Source: Patescibacteria group bacterium (GTDB lineage Bacteria; Patescibacteriota; Microgenomatia; 0-14-0-10-38-17). Taken from it: a stretch of 64,000 bases of DNA. The notes under the pieces were generated by a model, which saw nothing but the letters and a program-made list of their open reading frames with translations, had not been told where the DNA came from and ran no database searches. The first letter of the stretch is position 1. The number at the start of each line of letters is the position of its first letter. Position numbers and translations under genes: made by a program. Location: NCBI GenBank assembly GCA_050947035.1, contig JBMNVW010000004.1:22433-86432 (forward strand), read 5' to 3'. Shown piece by piece: positions 48,155 to 57,519 of this stretch.

Positions 48155-48943
48155 ATGAAGTGGCGAGGAGCTTTGAGTTTGGTATTGATGGTTTTTTTGT
48201 TGGTTGGGACAACGATTATGGCTGAAGGAGCCAGCGTTTGTCCACCAGGTAACGTCAAGTATGAGATAGGAGGAGGATACGAATACAACGATGGGTCAGG
48301 CTGGATCGAGGCGAGCGAATTTAGGGTTTGTTGGGGAGCCAATGAGGGCTATCGGGTGATTGGAGTTTGTATTTATGTCGGTGGACCCGATAAAGACAGT
48401 CGACAGATTAGTCTTGGTCCTGGAGATGGTTGTTGGAATAATCCAGAAAAGTATGGCATTTCCCATGTCGTGCTTTATACGGAAGCTATTCCGGAACCAA
48501 CGCCAACGGACGTTCCACCAGAACCGACACCAACAGGAACTCCTTCGGAGCCAACGGCAACAGCGACGAGTACGCCTACGTCAACGCCATCGTCAACACC
48601 GACGGCAACACCGACGGCAACACCGACGGACCCGCCGCCTACGCCAACCGAGGTTGCGCCTACTCAGACGCCGAAGCCGACGTCAACATCGGAGCCGACA
48701 CCGACGGATGTTCCCCCCGAACCAACACCAACGGATGCTCCACCGGAATCAACGTCGACACCTAAGCCGACCGATAAGCCAAAAACACCGGTACCGCCGA
48801 CAGAAGAGCCATTGCCAACCCCGAATGGTCTTCCTTCGACTGGCGGCCAGGCAGAGCCAAACAGTCCATTAACATTGATGGTTATCGTTTTGGCTGGAGG
48901 TGTTTCTCTTGCCTTTTTTGTTTTGCGCCGTCGCAAGATCTAG
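48155..48943 (+). CDS. LPXTG-type cell-wall-anchored surface protein with Cys-containing N-domain and long Pro/Thr-rich linker
   Basis: signal peptide, strong SD AAAGGAGAGGAAG, C-terminal LPSTGG + hydrophobic stretch + RRRKI sorting signal. Confidence 0.7.
   Translation: MKWRGALSLVLMVFLLVGTTIMAEGASVCPPGNVKYEIGGGYEYNDGSGWIEASEFRVCWGANEGYRVIGVCIYVGGPDKDSRQISLGPGDGCWNNPEKYGISHVVLYTEAIPEPTPTDVPPEPTPTGTPSEPTATATSTPTSTPSSTPTATPTATPTDPPPTPTEVAPTQTPKPTSTSEPTPTDVPPEPTPTDAPPESTSTPKPTDKPKTPVPPTEEPLPTPNGLPSTGGQAEPNSPLTLMVIVLAGGVSLAFFVLRRRKI
48481..48900 (+). repeat. GC-rich tandem coding repeats (ACACCGACGGCA units) encoding PT-rich linker
   Basis: local GC jump and imperfect tandem repeats visible in sequence; generates spurious alternate-frame ORFs. 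Confidence 0.7.
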
Positions 48944-49138
48944 AAAGAGGGCTGTCTCTTAAGAAAGGGGGTGAAAATAATCATCCTCAGTAAGCCACAT
49001 CCTGCTCAAGGATCTTAATACAATTTTTTGTATTTTTGAGATCCTTGAGGGGGTGTGGCGTTTTTTTTGCCCAAAAGAACAGGATATGTATTGCTTTTTT
49101 TTGAGAAAATTGATAATTTTAATTAAAGGGAGGAAGCT

Positions 49139-49777
49139 ATGGATGCCAAAAACACCCCAATTCAGCATTTAACTGTTGGTTTTTTATTTTTTGCCTTAGC
49201 CTTTGCTCTTCGTCGTTTTTTAGGTTTGAGCCAATCAGTAGTTTTTGCTCGAGTGGCTTTTCTGCTTTTATTTTTAACCTTAATTATCGGCCCTATTACT
49301 AAAATTAAAAAGCCCTCTGTTGTTTCTTCGCCCCTGAAACTGCCTTGGAGCTGGCGTAGCGAATTAGGGATTTGGTTTGCTATTTTTTCTTTAGTTCATT
49401 TTTGTTTTGCCATGAATGGTCGGCCTAAATGGAATTTGTTGGCCGCTTTGGGTGGTGGTATTGGTGGCGAAGGCTATGGTTTGGCTAATTTATTAGGTTT
49501 GATTGCCCTGTTTTGGAGTTTAATTTTGGCCTTCACTTCTCCGGGGAAAATAATTAAATGGTTAGGGGTTGGTTCTTGGAAATGGCTTCATTCAATGACT
49601 TATGTTATTTTTTATTTGGTGGCCACTCACACGGTTTATTTTCAGTTTTTTTCCAAATATCGAGGTGGACCAGACTGGTTTGGTTGGCCGGCAGTGCTAA
49701 TGGCCATAACCATTATTTTTCTTCAGCTTTGGGCCTTTGCCAAAACCTTGGCCGACCAAAAGAGAGGCAAAGAATAA
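49139..49777 (+). CDS. hypothetical polytopic membrane protein
   Basis: 6 predicted TM segments, no recognisable motif. Confidence 0.4.
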   Translation: MDAKNTPIQHLTVGFLFFALAFALRRFLGLSQSVVFARVAFLLLFLTLIIGPITKIKKPSVVSSPLKLPWSWRSELGIWFAIFSLVHFCFAMNGRPKWNLLAALGGGIGGEGYGLANLLGLIALFWSLILAFTSPGKIIKWLGVGSWKWLHSMTYVIFYLVATHTVYFQFFSKYRGGPDWFGWPAVLMAITIIFLQLWAFAKTLADQKRGKE

Positions 49778-49789
49778 ATTAATATTTTT

Positions 49790-50566
49790 ATGCCAATAAC
49801 CTCATATATTTTAGCTTTGGCAATTAGTTTAGGGATAAACTTAATTTTCTTTATTGCCGCTGCTCTTTTTCGAACCGATAAGTTAACCGATCTAACTTAC
49901 GGTCTAACTTTTGTTATCTTAACTTTGGGATTTTTGTTTTTAGGTCAGACTTTCTATTGGCATCAAATAGCCTTGTCGATTATGGTTTGTCTTTGGGCAA
50001 TTAGATTGATTAGTTATTTGTTTGTTCGGATTTTAAAAATCAAGAAAGATAGCCGTTTTGATAAAATTCGCGAAAACCCATGGCAATTTTTAAAATTTTG
50101 GTTATTGCAGGGCTTTTCAGTTTGGGTGATTCTTTTACCTTCTTTTTATTTGTTGGCCCAAAAAGAAAACAAAAGCCTTGCCCCGGTTATGGTTTTGGGT
50201 ATTGGCGTTTGGTTTTTGGGTTTGATGATTGAAACAGTTGCCGATTGGCAAAAATTTCTTTTTAAGAATAAGCCGAAAAACAAAGATCTTTGGATCGATT
50301 CTGGTCTTTGGGCCTGTTCTCGCCACCCTAATTATTTTGGGGAGATGCTAGTTTGGTGGGGGATTTTTATTTTTGCCTCTCCCCTTTTTTGGGGCTGGTC
50401 TTGGGCAAGCGTGATTGGCCCGGTCTTTATTACCTGTCTACTGTTGTTTGTTAGCGGTATTCCCCCTTTAGAAAAAAGATATCAGAAAAAATACGCTAAT
50501 AATGAAGATTATCAGGATTATAAAGAAAAAACTAGCTTGCTTGTTCTTTGGCCTCCGAAGAATTAG
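49790..50566 (+). CDS. DUF1295 / steroid-5-alpha-reductase-ICMT-like membrane protein
   Basis: C-terminal CSRHPNYFGEMLVWWG motif characteristic of ICMT/PEMT/DUF1295 superfamily. Confidence 0.6.
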   Translation: MPITSYILALAISLGINLIFFIAAALFRTDKLTDLTYGLTFVILTLGFLFLGQTFYWHQIALSIMVCLWAIRLISYLFVRILKIKKDSRFDKIRENPWQFLKFWLLQGFSVWVILLPSFYLLAQKENKSLAPVMVLGIGVWFLGLMIETVADWQKFLFKNKPKNKDLWIDSGLWACSRHPNYFGEMLVWWGIFIFASPLFWGWSWASVIGPVFITCLLLFVSGIPPLEKRYQKKYANNEDYQDYKEKTSLLVLWPPKN

Positions 50567-51284
50567 CTTCCGTTTTCTTTTCTAAAATATAAACGCCGGG
50601 ACGGCTGACAATATCAAAGCAACAAGAAAGAACGGGCTTATCTTTTATTTTTCTTAAAAACGGCAAGTTAAAGATTCGTCGCCAATCTCTTTTTCGATAT
50701 TTTTGGGAGGTTGGTAAAAGAGAAAAGCCAACTTTGGCAAAAAGATTTTCCCAATAGTTAACATTGTCGCCGGATCCTGTTCTATCGATGTGATCGGGTA
50801 CTTGATCAAATCTTCCTTCGGAAGGATCAGCAATAGCGATAAAAGCCCTACCCCCTGGTTTTAAAACTCGATATGTTTCCCTAACTAATCGGTTGGCATC
50901 ATCAATATGTTCGAAAACATCATTGGAAACGATAACATCAAAGCTCTTATCTTGAAACGGTAAAGCAGTGGCGCTGGCTTCAATTGGAGATATTCCTCTT
51001 TTTTGACTTTCTTTTAGGGCCGGATCAAAATTTAAATCAAGACCATAATAATGGTTTTTTTGAGTAGGGACTTGCTCTTTAATAGCTTCACCCAAAAGTC
51101 CCACCCCGCAACCGATTTCCAAAATTTTGGATTCAGAAGCTAGATCAGTTTCTTTGATAATTGCTTCGGCAGCTAATCTAAAACGGGTTGGGGCGATCTT
51201 TCGGCGTAAGGTAGCAAGAGGGTTTTCTTGGCGAACAGCGCCATAACCAAAATAGGGGAAGGCTTCGCTAGTCGCTTCGACCAT
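50532..51284 (-). CDS. class I SAM-dependent methyltransferase
   Basis: motif I ILEIGCGVGLLG, acidic post-I YYGLDLN. Confidence 0.75.
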   Translation of the reverse strand: MVEATSEAFPYFGYGAVRQENPLATLRRKIAPTRFRLAAEAIIKETDLASESKILEIGCGVGLLGEAIKEQVPTQKNHYYGLDLNFDPALKESQKRGISPIEASATALPFQDKSFDVIVSNDVFEHIDDANRLVRETYRVLKPGGRAFIAIADPSEGRFDQVPDHIDRTGSGDNVNYWENLFAKVGFSLLPTSQKYRKRDWRRIFNLPFLRKIKDKPVLSCCFDIVSRPGVYILEKKTEANSSEAKEQAS

Positions 51285-51340
51285 AAGATAATTTTAATAT
51301 TTTCTTTAAGGGTTAGCAAATTAGCCTAACCCAAAAAAAA

Positions 51341-52810
51341 CTACTTTTCTTGATAGACCAATCGCTCCTCTACTTGGCTGGTAAGGTTTTGGTGATTTCT
51401 TAAGTATTCTTCCAACACTTGTTGGGCGGAAGTGGTAATAATTTTTTCTTGCCCCGATCCTAATAATTCTTCATGACTAATATTTAAATAATCAGGAGCG
51501 CTTTTAACATGATAGCCCTGTAGGCAAAGAGTATAAATCTTTTCGTTTTTAACCTCCTGGTCGTTTATAGTTAGGGAAATTAGCTTTTTCTTTTTATCAT
51601 TGTAAATTGCCTGAACTCCTCGATTGGTCTGATAGCACTCCCCTTCTCCATCTCGATTATCAACTCTCATAATATGGGTAAAGATCTTTTTTAGGGCTTG
51701 GCCATTGATTTGGTATTGCCTTAGAGAATCATCATAAGGAAAGCAGGTTAACAAATCTTTTAAAGTAACCAGGGGGCCCATTTTTTTAATTCTAATTGAG
51801 CCACTGCCGATCAAAACAACATCGGATCCAGCTCTTTGGGCAAAAGCATCAGCAATTAAATTACCCAAAGATGTTTCTTCTTCTCGCCTGGGGTGGGTAA
51901 GAGTTTTGGCGAACTTGGTGATTAAGACCTTGTATTTGCGGTCAACGTCTTTTTTGAAGGAATTAATAAATTTTTCTAAATTTTTATCGGGCTTGGCTAA
52001 ATTGTTATCAATAGGTATTAACTGCCATTGATAATCAACAATGCTATTGGTGTCATCATCAACGGTAATGTCAAACCGGCCGATTTGATCAGAGCCAACG
52101 CCGGCTTGGGCAATTAGAGCACCATTGACCATTTTAGGCTTTTTCAAAACAGTGTGGGAGTGGCCGCCGATAATCAAATCTACTCCCCACTCGGGTTTTA
52201 GCATTTGGGCTAGTTTAATGTCTGACTCATAGCCGATGTGGGTCAAGAGGATAGTTAGATCAATATCTTGGCTTTTGTAGGCGTTGCAAATTTTACCCAC
52301 TTCCGATGAGGCTTCTTCCAAGCTAATAAAACTGCCGATTAGCTCATCTTGTTTAATGGAATCCATCACCTTTTCGGTGATGATGCCGGTGAAGAGAATA
52401 TCAAAGCCGGCCTTATTAATAATTAAATAGGGGCGCATTAATCTTTTATAGTATTTTTTAATATAGAGATTGGCATTAACAATGGGGAAATTAGCCATTT
52501 TTTCTAAAAATAACAAATGGGGCAAGCCATAATCAAACTCATGGTTTCCTAAAGCGACTACATCAGGAGCCAGGTAATTGGTAATCTCAATAGTGGAAAT
52601 GCCTTTGTATTCAGAATCAATTAATGAGCCCTGAATCATATCGCCGGAGATAAGATACAAAACGTTTTCCTCTTCTTTTCTAACCCGGTTAATATAGCCG
52701 GAAAGCAGTGCTAAACCGCCGATTAACTTTCCTCCACCCCTTTTTACTTCGGCCAAGAAGTCGCCGTGCATATCGTTAGAATGAAGAATGGTGAATTTTT
52801 TGGTTCTCAT
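51341..52810 (-). CDS. bifunctional metallophosphatase/5'-nucleotidase family protein
   Basis: calcineurin-like motifs SNDMHGD, GNHEFDYG, GGHSH and C-terminal 5'-nucleotidase substrate domain. Confidence 0.8.
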   Translation of the reverse strand: MRTKKFTILHSNDMHGDFLAEVKRGGGKLIGGLALLSGYINRVRKEEENVLYLISGDMIQGSLIDSEYKGISTIEITNYLAPDVVALGNHEFDYGLPHLLFLEKMANFPIVNANLYIKKYYKRLMRPYLIINKAGFDILFTGIITEKVMDSIKQDELIGSFISLEEASSEVGKICNAYKSQDIDLTILLTHIGYESDIKLAQMLKPEWGVDLIIGGHSHTVLKKPKMVNGALIAQAGVGSDQIGRFDITVDDDTNSIVDYQWQLIPIDNNLAKPDKNLEKFINSFKKDVDRKYKVLITKFAKTLTHPRREEETSLGNLIADAFAQRAGSDVVLIGSGSIRIKKMGPLVTLKDLLTCFPYDDSLRQYQINGQALKKIFTHIMRVDNRDGEGECYQTNRGVQAIYNDKKKKLISLTINDQEVKNEKIYTLCLQGYHVKSAPDYLNISHEELLGSGQEKIITTSAQQVLEEYLRNHQNLTSQVEERLVYQEK

Positions 52811-52918
52811 GACTGGAGAAAAGAGTAGGTTTTATTTAAACTTATTATAGCAGGAGATGGTTATTTTTCTGTCGGGGATTTTAATTTTGGTTAAATAAAT
52901 AAAGATGAACCTTTGGCT

Positions 52919-54103
52919 TTATTCCACAAATGTCAGTGCCAAGCCTTTTTTACCCATTCGGCCGGTGCGGCCAATGCGATGAACATAATCATCATAAGTA
53001 GCCGGAGCATCATAGTTAATAACTTGGGTAACATTATCAATATCTAGTCCTCGAGAAGCCACGTCGGTAGCGGTTAAGACTCGAATTTGATTATTTTTAA
53101 ATTGTCTTAGCGCCCTTTGTCTTTGGTTTTGCGATTTGTTGCCGTGAATAGCGGCTGCCTTAATGCCGTGCTCGACCAGGAGGCGGGCCAGTTTTTCCAT
53201 CCCCCATTTGGTGCGGCCAAAAACCAGCACCTTGTCGAAACCGGGTCGGGAAAGCAATTTTCTTAAAACATCAATCTTAGCGCCTCGATTGGTAATTTTG
53301 ACAATATCTTGCTCGACATTATCTAGAGTGTCTTGATGCTTGACCGAGACTCGAATTGGTTGGCGAGCGAAATTTTGCAGAATTTGCTCGGTTTTATTAT
53401 TGACAGTGGCGGAAAAAAACAACCCTTGGCGGTTTTGGGGTAAAAGAGACATTAAGTATTTAATGTCCTTAATAAAGCCCATATCAACCATGCGATCAAC
53501 TTCGTCCAAGACAATATTTTGAAAAAGATTTGGTCTGATTTTATTTCTGCCAATTAAATCTTTTAATCGGCCTGGGGTACCGGCGATAAAGTTAGGATTT
53601 GATTTTAAAGCGTTGATTTGACGATTGATATTAACCCCGCCGATAATGGTAACAATCGATAAATTCATACCTCGGGTTAAATGCTCAAATTCTCGGCTAA
53701 TTTGTGAGGCTAGCTCTCGGGTGGGAACGATAATCAATGTTTTTTGCTGACAATCTAAATAGGTTTTATTAATAAGGCCAGTTAAAAAAGCGGCCGTTTT
53801 ACCGGTGCCGGTATTAGCTACCCCGATAATGTCTTTACCAGCTAAAACTTGAGGAATAACTTGGTTTTGGATTTTAGTGGGGTTTTGATAACCGTGTTGG
53901 GCGATATTGTTTTTTAATTTATCAACCAACCCATAATCGGCAAAATTGGCTCCCTTAGCAAAAGGCTTCTCTGTCTTTTTTCCTTTGGCTTTTTTGATAA
54001 ACAAGTTTTCGTCAAGTTTTTTACCATGATGTGAAAAGTGTTTCTGGTGGGGGTGATAACTTTTCTTTTGGCGGGAATAATTTCTTCGTTTGGAATAGGC
54101 CAT
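52919..54103 (-). CDS. DEAD-box ATP-dependent RNA helicase (DEVD variant)
   Basis: Q-motif region, Walker A ANTGTGKTAAF, PTRELA, DEVD, SAT, HRIGRTGR motifs. Confidence 0.9.
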   Translation of the reverse strand: MAYSKRRNYSRQKKSYHPHQKHFSHHGKKLDENLFIKKAKGKKTEKPFAKGANFADYGLVDKLKNNIAQHGYQNPTKIQNQVIPQVLAGKDIIGVANTGTGKTAAFLTGLINKTYLDCQQKTLIIVPTRELASQISREFEHLTRGMNLSIVTIIGGVNINRQINALKSNPNFIAGTPGRLKDLIGRNKIRPNLFQNIVLDEVDRMVDMGFIKDIKYLMSLLPQNRQGLFFSATVNNKTEQILQNFARQPIRVSVKHQDTLDNVEQDIVKITNRGAKIDVLRKLLSRPGFDKVLVFGRTKWGMEKLARLLVEHGIKAAAIHGNKSQNQRQRALRQFKNNQIRVLTATDVASRGLDIDNVTQVINYDAPATYDDYVHRIGRTGRMGKKGLALTFVE

Positions 54104-54645
54104 CGGTATTATTTATTTTTTTATTTGGTGGAGAAAATGTGCTCCAGTAGATCTGCTTAAGAGAAAATGAAGTGTTTTTAACGTGAAGATACTTGAAAAG
54201 AAAGATTAGGAGTATCTTTATCTTTTAAAAAACTAAATTACATTAAGCAGATGTACCAAAGCACAATCTGCATCAACTAAAAGGTATTATAACACGAGAA
54301 ATCAGTAATAGCCAATTCTATTAAAAAATTATTCGTTTTTTGGTGAAGAAAGAGCTTTGTTCAGGGCTTCGCGAATATTCTTGCCGGCAAACCAGCCCTT
54401 AAGATAAATCAACGTGTGCTTGCTTTGATTATTATCTTGAAGATAGTATTTGTCGATCCGCCCGCCCCTTTTTAAAAAAGTTTTAATTAGCTCGTTTACG
54501 GAAGGTTGATTAGTAATAGAGCTATTATAGCATAATCGAAAGACTGCCTAACATAGGCTATAGGATAATTATAAGCTATAGAAAAAATGAGCAAAAAGTA
54601 TCAATTTTACCCTTAGGCTGTTACAATACTCACTTGTCCCTTTAA

Positions 54646-56493
54646 TTGGTGGACAGAGAAAATAAAAATATGAAAAAAATAAGAAATGTCGCTGTAATTG
54701 CCCATGTGGATCATGGTAAAACTACTCTAATTGATGCCTTGCTAAAGCAAACTAATACTTTTCGGGACAATCAAAAAGAAATGGCCATTTCCCGAATTTT
54801 GGATAGTAACGATCAGGAAAGAGAACGCGGCATCACCATCACTGCCAAAAATTGCGCTATTGATTTTGCCGGAACAAGAATTAATATTATTGACACTCCG
54901 GGTCATGTTGATTTTTCTAGCGAAGTGGAGCGAACCTTGGGTATGGCGGATGGGGCCCTGCTCATTATTGACGCCCAAGAAGGTCCCATGCCTCAAACCC
55001 GATTTGTGTTACGAAAGGCGCTGGAACTAGGCCTAAAAATAATTGTGCTGATTAATAAAATTGATAAACAATATGCTCAGGTTCCTTTGGTAATCGAAAA
55101 GACCGAGAGCCTATTTTTAGATTTAGCCCAAGAAGAATCCCAACTTGATTTTCCTATCCTCTATTCTATCGGTCGAGATGGCCAGGTTTTTGAGAGTTTA
55201 CCTGATGATTTTTCTGGGCCAGCCGACGTTTCCCCTTTGTTAAAGAAAATAATTGATTTTATTCCCGCCCCCAAAAATCAAGATGATCTACCATTTAAAA
55301 TGCTGGTTTCTTCTTTTGAGCACGACAACCATTTGGGTCGGATTTTAATTGGTCGAATCCATCAGGGCAAAATTAGTCAAGGCCAAAAAATTACTCTAAT
55401 CCAAAAAGAAAACAGTTTATTTTTCCTAGAGAAGATTTTTGTGGCCCAAGGCCTGTCTAAAGAAGAAGTAAAAACCGCCGCTTCTGGCGAGATTGTTTTT
55501 TTGGCTGGGGTTAATGAAGCTAAAATTGGCGATACCGTTGCCGCCCCTGGTCAAACCAAGATCTTGCCGGCAATGAAAATTGGAGAGCCGACACTACACA
55601 TTACTATTCAGCCCAACAAATCACCCTTTTCTGGTCAGGAAGGCGATTTTTCTACCGCTAATCAGCTGGAAGAAAGGCTGCAAAAAGAAGTCGAAACTAA
55701 CCTGAGTCTTCAAGTGGCTAAAACCGGTAATGGTAAATTCAGAGTTGCTGGCAAAGGAGAATTGCATCTAACCGTATTTTTGGAAGAGTTGCGTCGAGAT
55801 GGTTACGAATTAGAAGTAGAAAAACCAGAAGTTATTATCAAAGAGGTCGATGGGGTGAAAATGGAACCAGTCGAAGAATTAAATATTGTTGTCCCCACGG
55901 AGTATGTGGGGGTTGTCAGTCAAGAATTGGGTCGTCGTTATGCCGTGCTGGTTAATACTACGCCGGTTGGCGAAAAAGAAACAGAGTTTGTTTATCATTT
56001 ACCCACTCGGGCTCTGATTGGACTAAGAAGTTTATTAGTTGCCCAAACCAAAGGCTCTATTATTTTTAATTCGCAAATGATCGATTATCAACCCTTGGGA
56101 AAATCGATTAAAAAATTACGTTCCGGAGCTTTGGTGGCTGCTCAATCAGGCAAGGCGCTTTCTTACGGCTTAAATGCTGCTCAGAGTCGAGGGATTACTT
56201 TTATTGGCCCGGGCACCCAGGTTTATAAAGGGATGATTGTTGGCAAAAATAGTAAAGAGGCCGATATTGAAATTAATGTTTGTAAGGGTAAAAAGCTTAC
56301 CAATATGCGCTCTAAGAGTTCTGATGGGATTATTCAATTGGTACCCCCTACTCCGGTTACTCTGGAAATGGGCCTAGAATTTATTGAAAATGATGAGCTG
56401 ATGGAAATTACCCCCAAAAACGTTCGTTTGAGAAAAAAAGCTGTTTCTAGAGAAGAAAAGCGCCGTCTTCGCCAAAACAATTTGGCTAGTTAA
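54646..56493 (+). CDS. typA: translational GTPase TypA/BipA
   Basis: IAHVDHGKTTL G1, DTPGHVDF G3, NKID G4, EF-G-like domains with TypA-specific C-terminal domain. Confidence 0.9.
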   Translation: MVDRENKNMKKIRNVAVIAHVDHGKTTLIDALLKQTNTFRDNQKEMAISRILDSNDQERERGITITAKNCAIDFAGTRINIIDTPGHVDFSSEVERTLGMADGALLIIDAQEGPMPQTRFVLRKALELGLKIIVLINKIDKQYAQVPLVIEKTESLFLDLAQEESQLDFPILYSIGRDGQVFESLPDDFSGPADVSPLLKKIIDFIPAPKNQDDLPFKMLVSSFEHDNHLGRILIGRIHQGKISQGQKITLIQKENSLFFLEKIFVAQGLSKEEVKTAASGEIVFLAGVNEAKIGDTVAAPGQTKILPAMKIGEPTLHITIQPNKSPFSGQEGDFSTANQLEERLQKEVETNLSLQVAKTGNGKFRVAGKGELHLTVFLEELRRDGYELEVEKPEVIIKEVDGVKMEPVEELNIVVPTEYVGVVSQELGRRYAVLVNTTPVGEKETEFVYHLPTRALIGLRSLLVAQTKGSIIFNSQMIDYQPLGKSIKKLRSGALVAAQSGKALSYGLNAAQSRGITFIGPGTQVYKGMIVGKNSKEADIEINVCKGKKLTNMRSKSSDGIIQLVPPTPVTLEMGLEFIENDELMEITPKNVRLRKKAVSREEKRRLRQNNLAS

Positions 56494-56495
56494 AA

Positions 56496-57308
56496 TTATT
56501 CTTCCACTACCGAGTTACTTTTTTGTCCTGAAGTATTATTAGGAGCACTGTTTTGATTATTACCCCCGTCCCCGTCGGCTTCAATGATGATATCTTGAAT
56601 ATCAGTTTTGGTTTCGGGGTCGCTTCCTGGTTCAGTTCCGGGCGCAAACCTCATTTCTCCCCCTTCGATAATGACTTCAACTTTTTTTCCTGCTTCTCCT
56701 CCCGGTCCGGTTCCTGGGGCAAATTGGGTTTCCCCGCCCTCAACAACGACCCCGGCTTCTCCTCCTGGTCCGGTTACCGGTGCCCAAACATGCTTTACCT
56801 CATTAAAAAATTCTGTTTGCCCTTCCGGACCGTTTACCTCTACCACTCTTTGAGCCACTTGATTAACAACCCTTTCTTGGACGCGAACCACCTCTTGTTT
56901 AGCGTCCTCATTAACCTGGGTTTTTATTTGTTCCATGGTTCTTTGCTGTTCAATGGTTCTTTCTTGCACGGCTCCCAAAACCTCTCCTTGATCAGCCTTG
57001 TCTAATAAATTATCTTGTTTTTCTTTAACTTGGAGGTAGTCTTGGATTAAATCTTGAACTTCTTGGTCGTCACCAGTGTCGGCTTGGGTTTGGGCGGCGG
57101 CTAGTCTTTTTTCGGCGTGTTTTTCTAGAACCTCAACTTTTTTCTCGGTTCCGAAGGCAAAAAAATATTCCACTCCTTCCTGGATTTTGGTAATAAGTGA
57201 GTTTGGCGAAGTAATTACTTCTGGTAATTCAACCGCTTGGGCCGAGCAAGGAAGAGCAATGAAAGTGAAAAGAAAAAGCAACACCAACAATAACCTTTTG
57301 ATGTTCAT
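56496..57308 (-). CDS. secreted coiled-coil protein with C-terminal GPGGEAG..EGGE..FAPGT repeats (DUF5667-like)
   Basis: signal peptide, long helical Gln/Glu-rich segment, three ~20-aa Gly-rich repeats. Confidence 0.45.
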   Translation of the reverse strand: MNIKRLLLVLLFLFTFIALPCSAQAVELPEVITSPNSLITKIQEGVEYFFAFGTEKKVEVLEKHAEKRLAAAQTQADTGDDQEVQDLIQDYLQVKEKQDNLLDKADQGEVLGAVQERTIEQQRTMEQIKTQVNEDAKQEVVRVQERVVNQVAQRVVEVNGPEGQTEFFNEVKHVWAPVTGPGGEAGVVVEGGETQFAPGTGPGGEAGKKVEVIIEGGEMRFAPGTEPGSDPETKTDIQDIIIEADGDGGNNQNSAPNNTSGQKSNSVVEE

Positions 57309-57399
57309 CCTAAAAAAAGATTATATCTTTGGGGGCGACAAGTCAAAACCTTGTACGGGTTCGATACACATTCGACATTCCTCCTTTTTTTAATGATAT

Positions 57400-57450
57400 A
57401 GTCCATCGGTGTCTCATAGTCTAGGTCTTGATGGACTCTTTTTAGTATTG
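57400..57450 (+). terminator. hairpin AGTCCATC-22nt-GATGGACT followed by CTTTTTAGTATT; terminator/attenuator-like element in the 5' leader region of the Hsp70-like gene
   Basis: 8-bp stem verified; T-run on plus strand only. Confidence 0.3.
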
Positions 57451-57519
57451 TAAAAGATTAAGTAATCAGCTAGTTTTTTGTTAAACGCTCTTTGATTATG
57501 AGTGATATAATGTTTTCGC

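Noticed and set aside
48360-48936. 170-aa Arg-rich plus-strand ORF and 90-aa minus-strand ORF
   Set aside because: These are alternate-frame translations of the GC-rich Pro/Thr tandem repeat inside the LPXTG protein gene, and the LPXTG frame explains the region.
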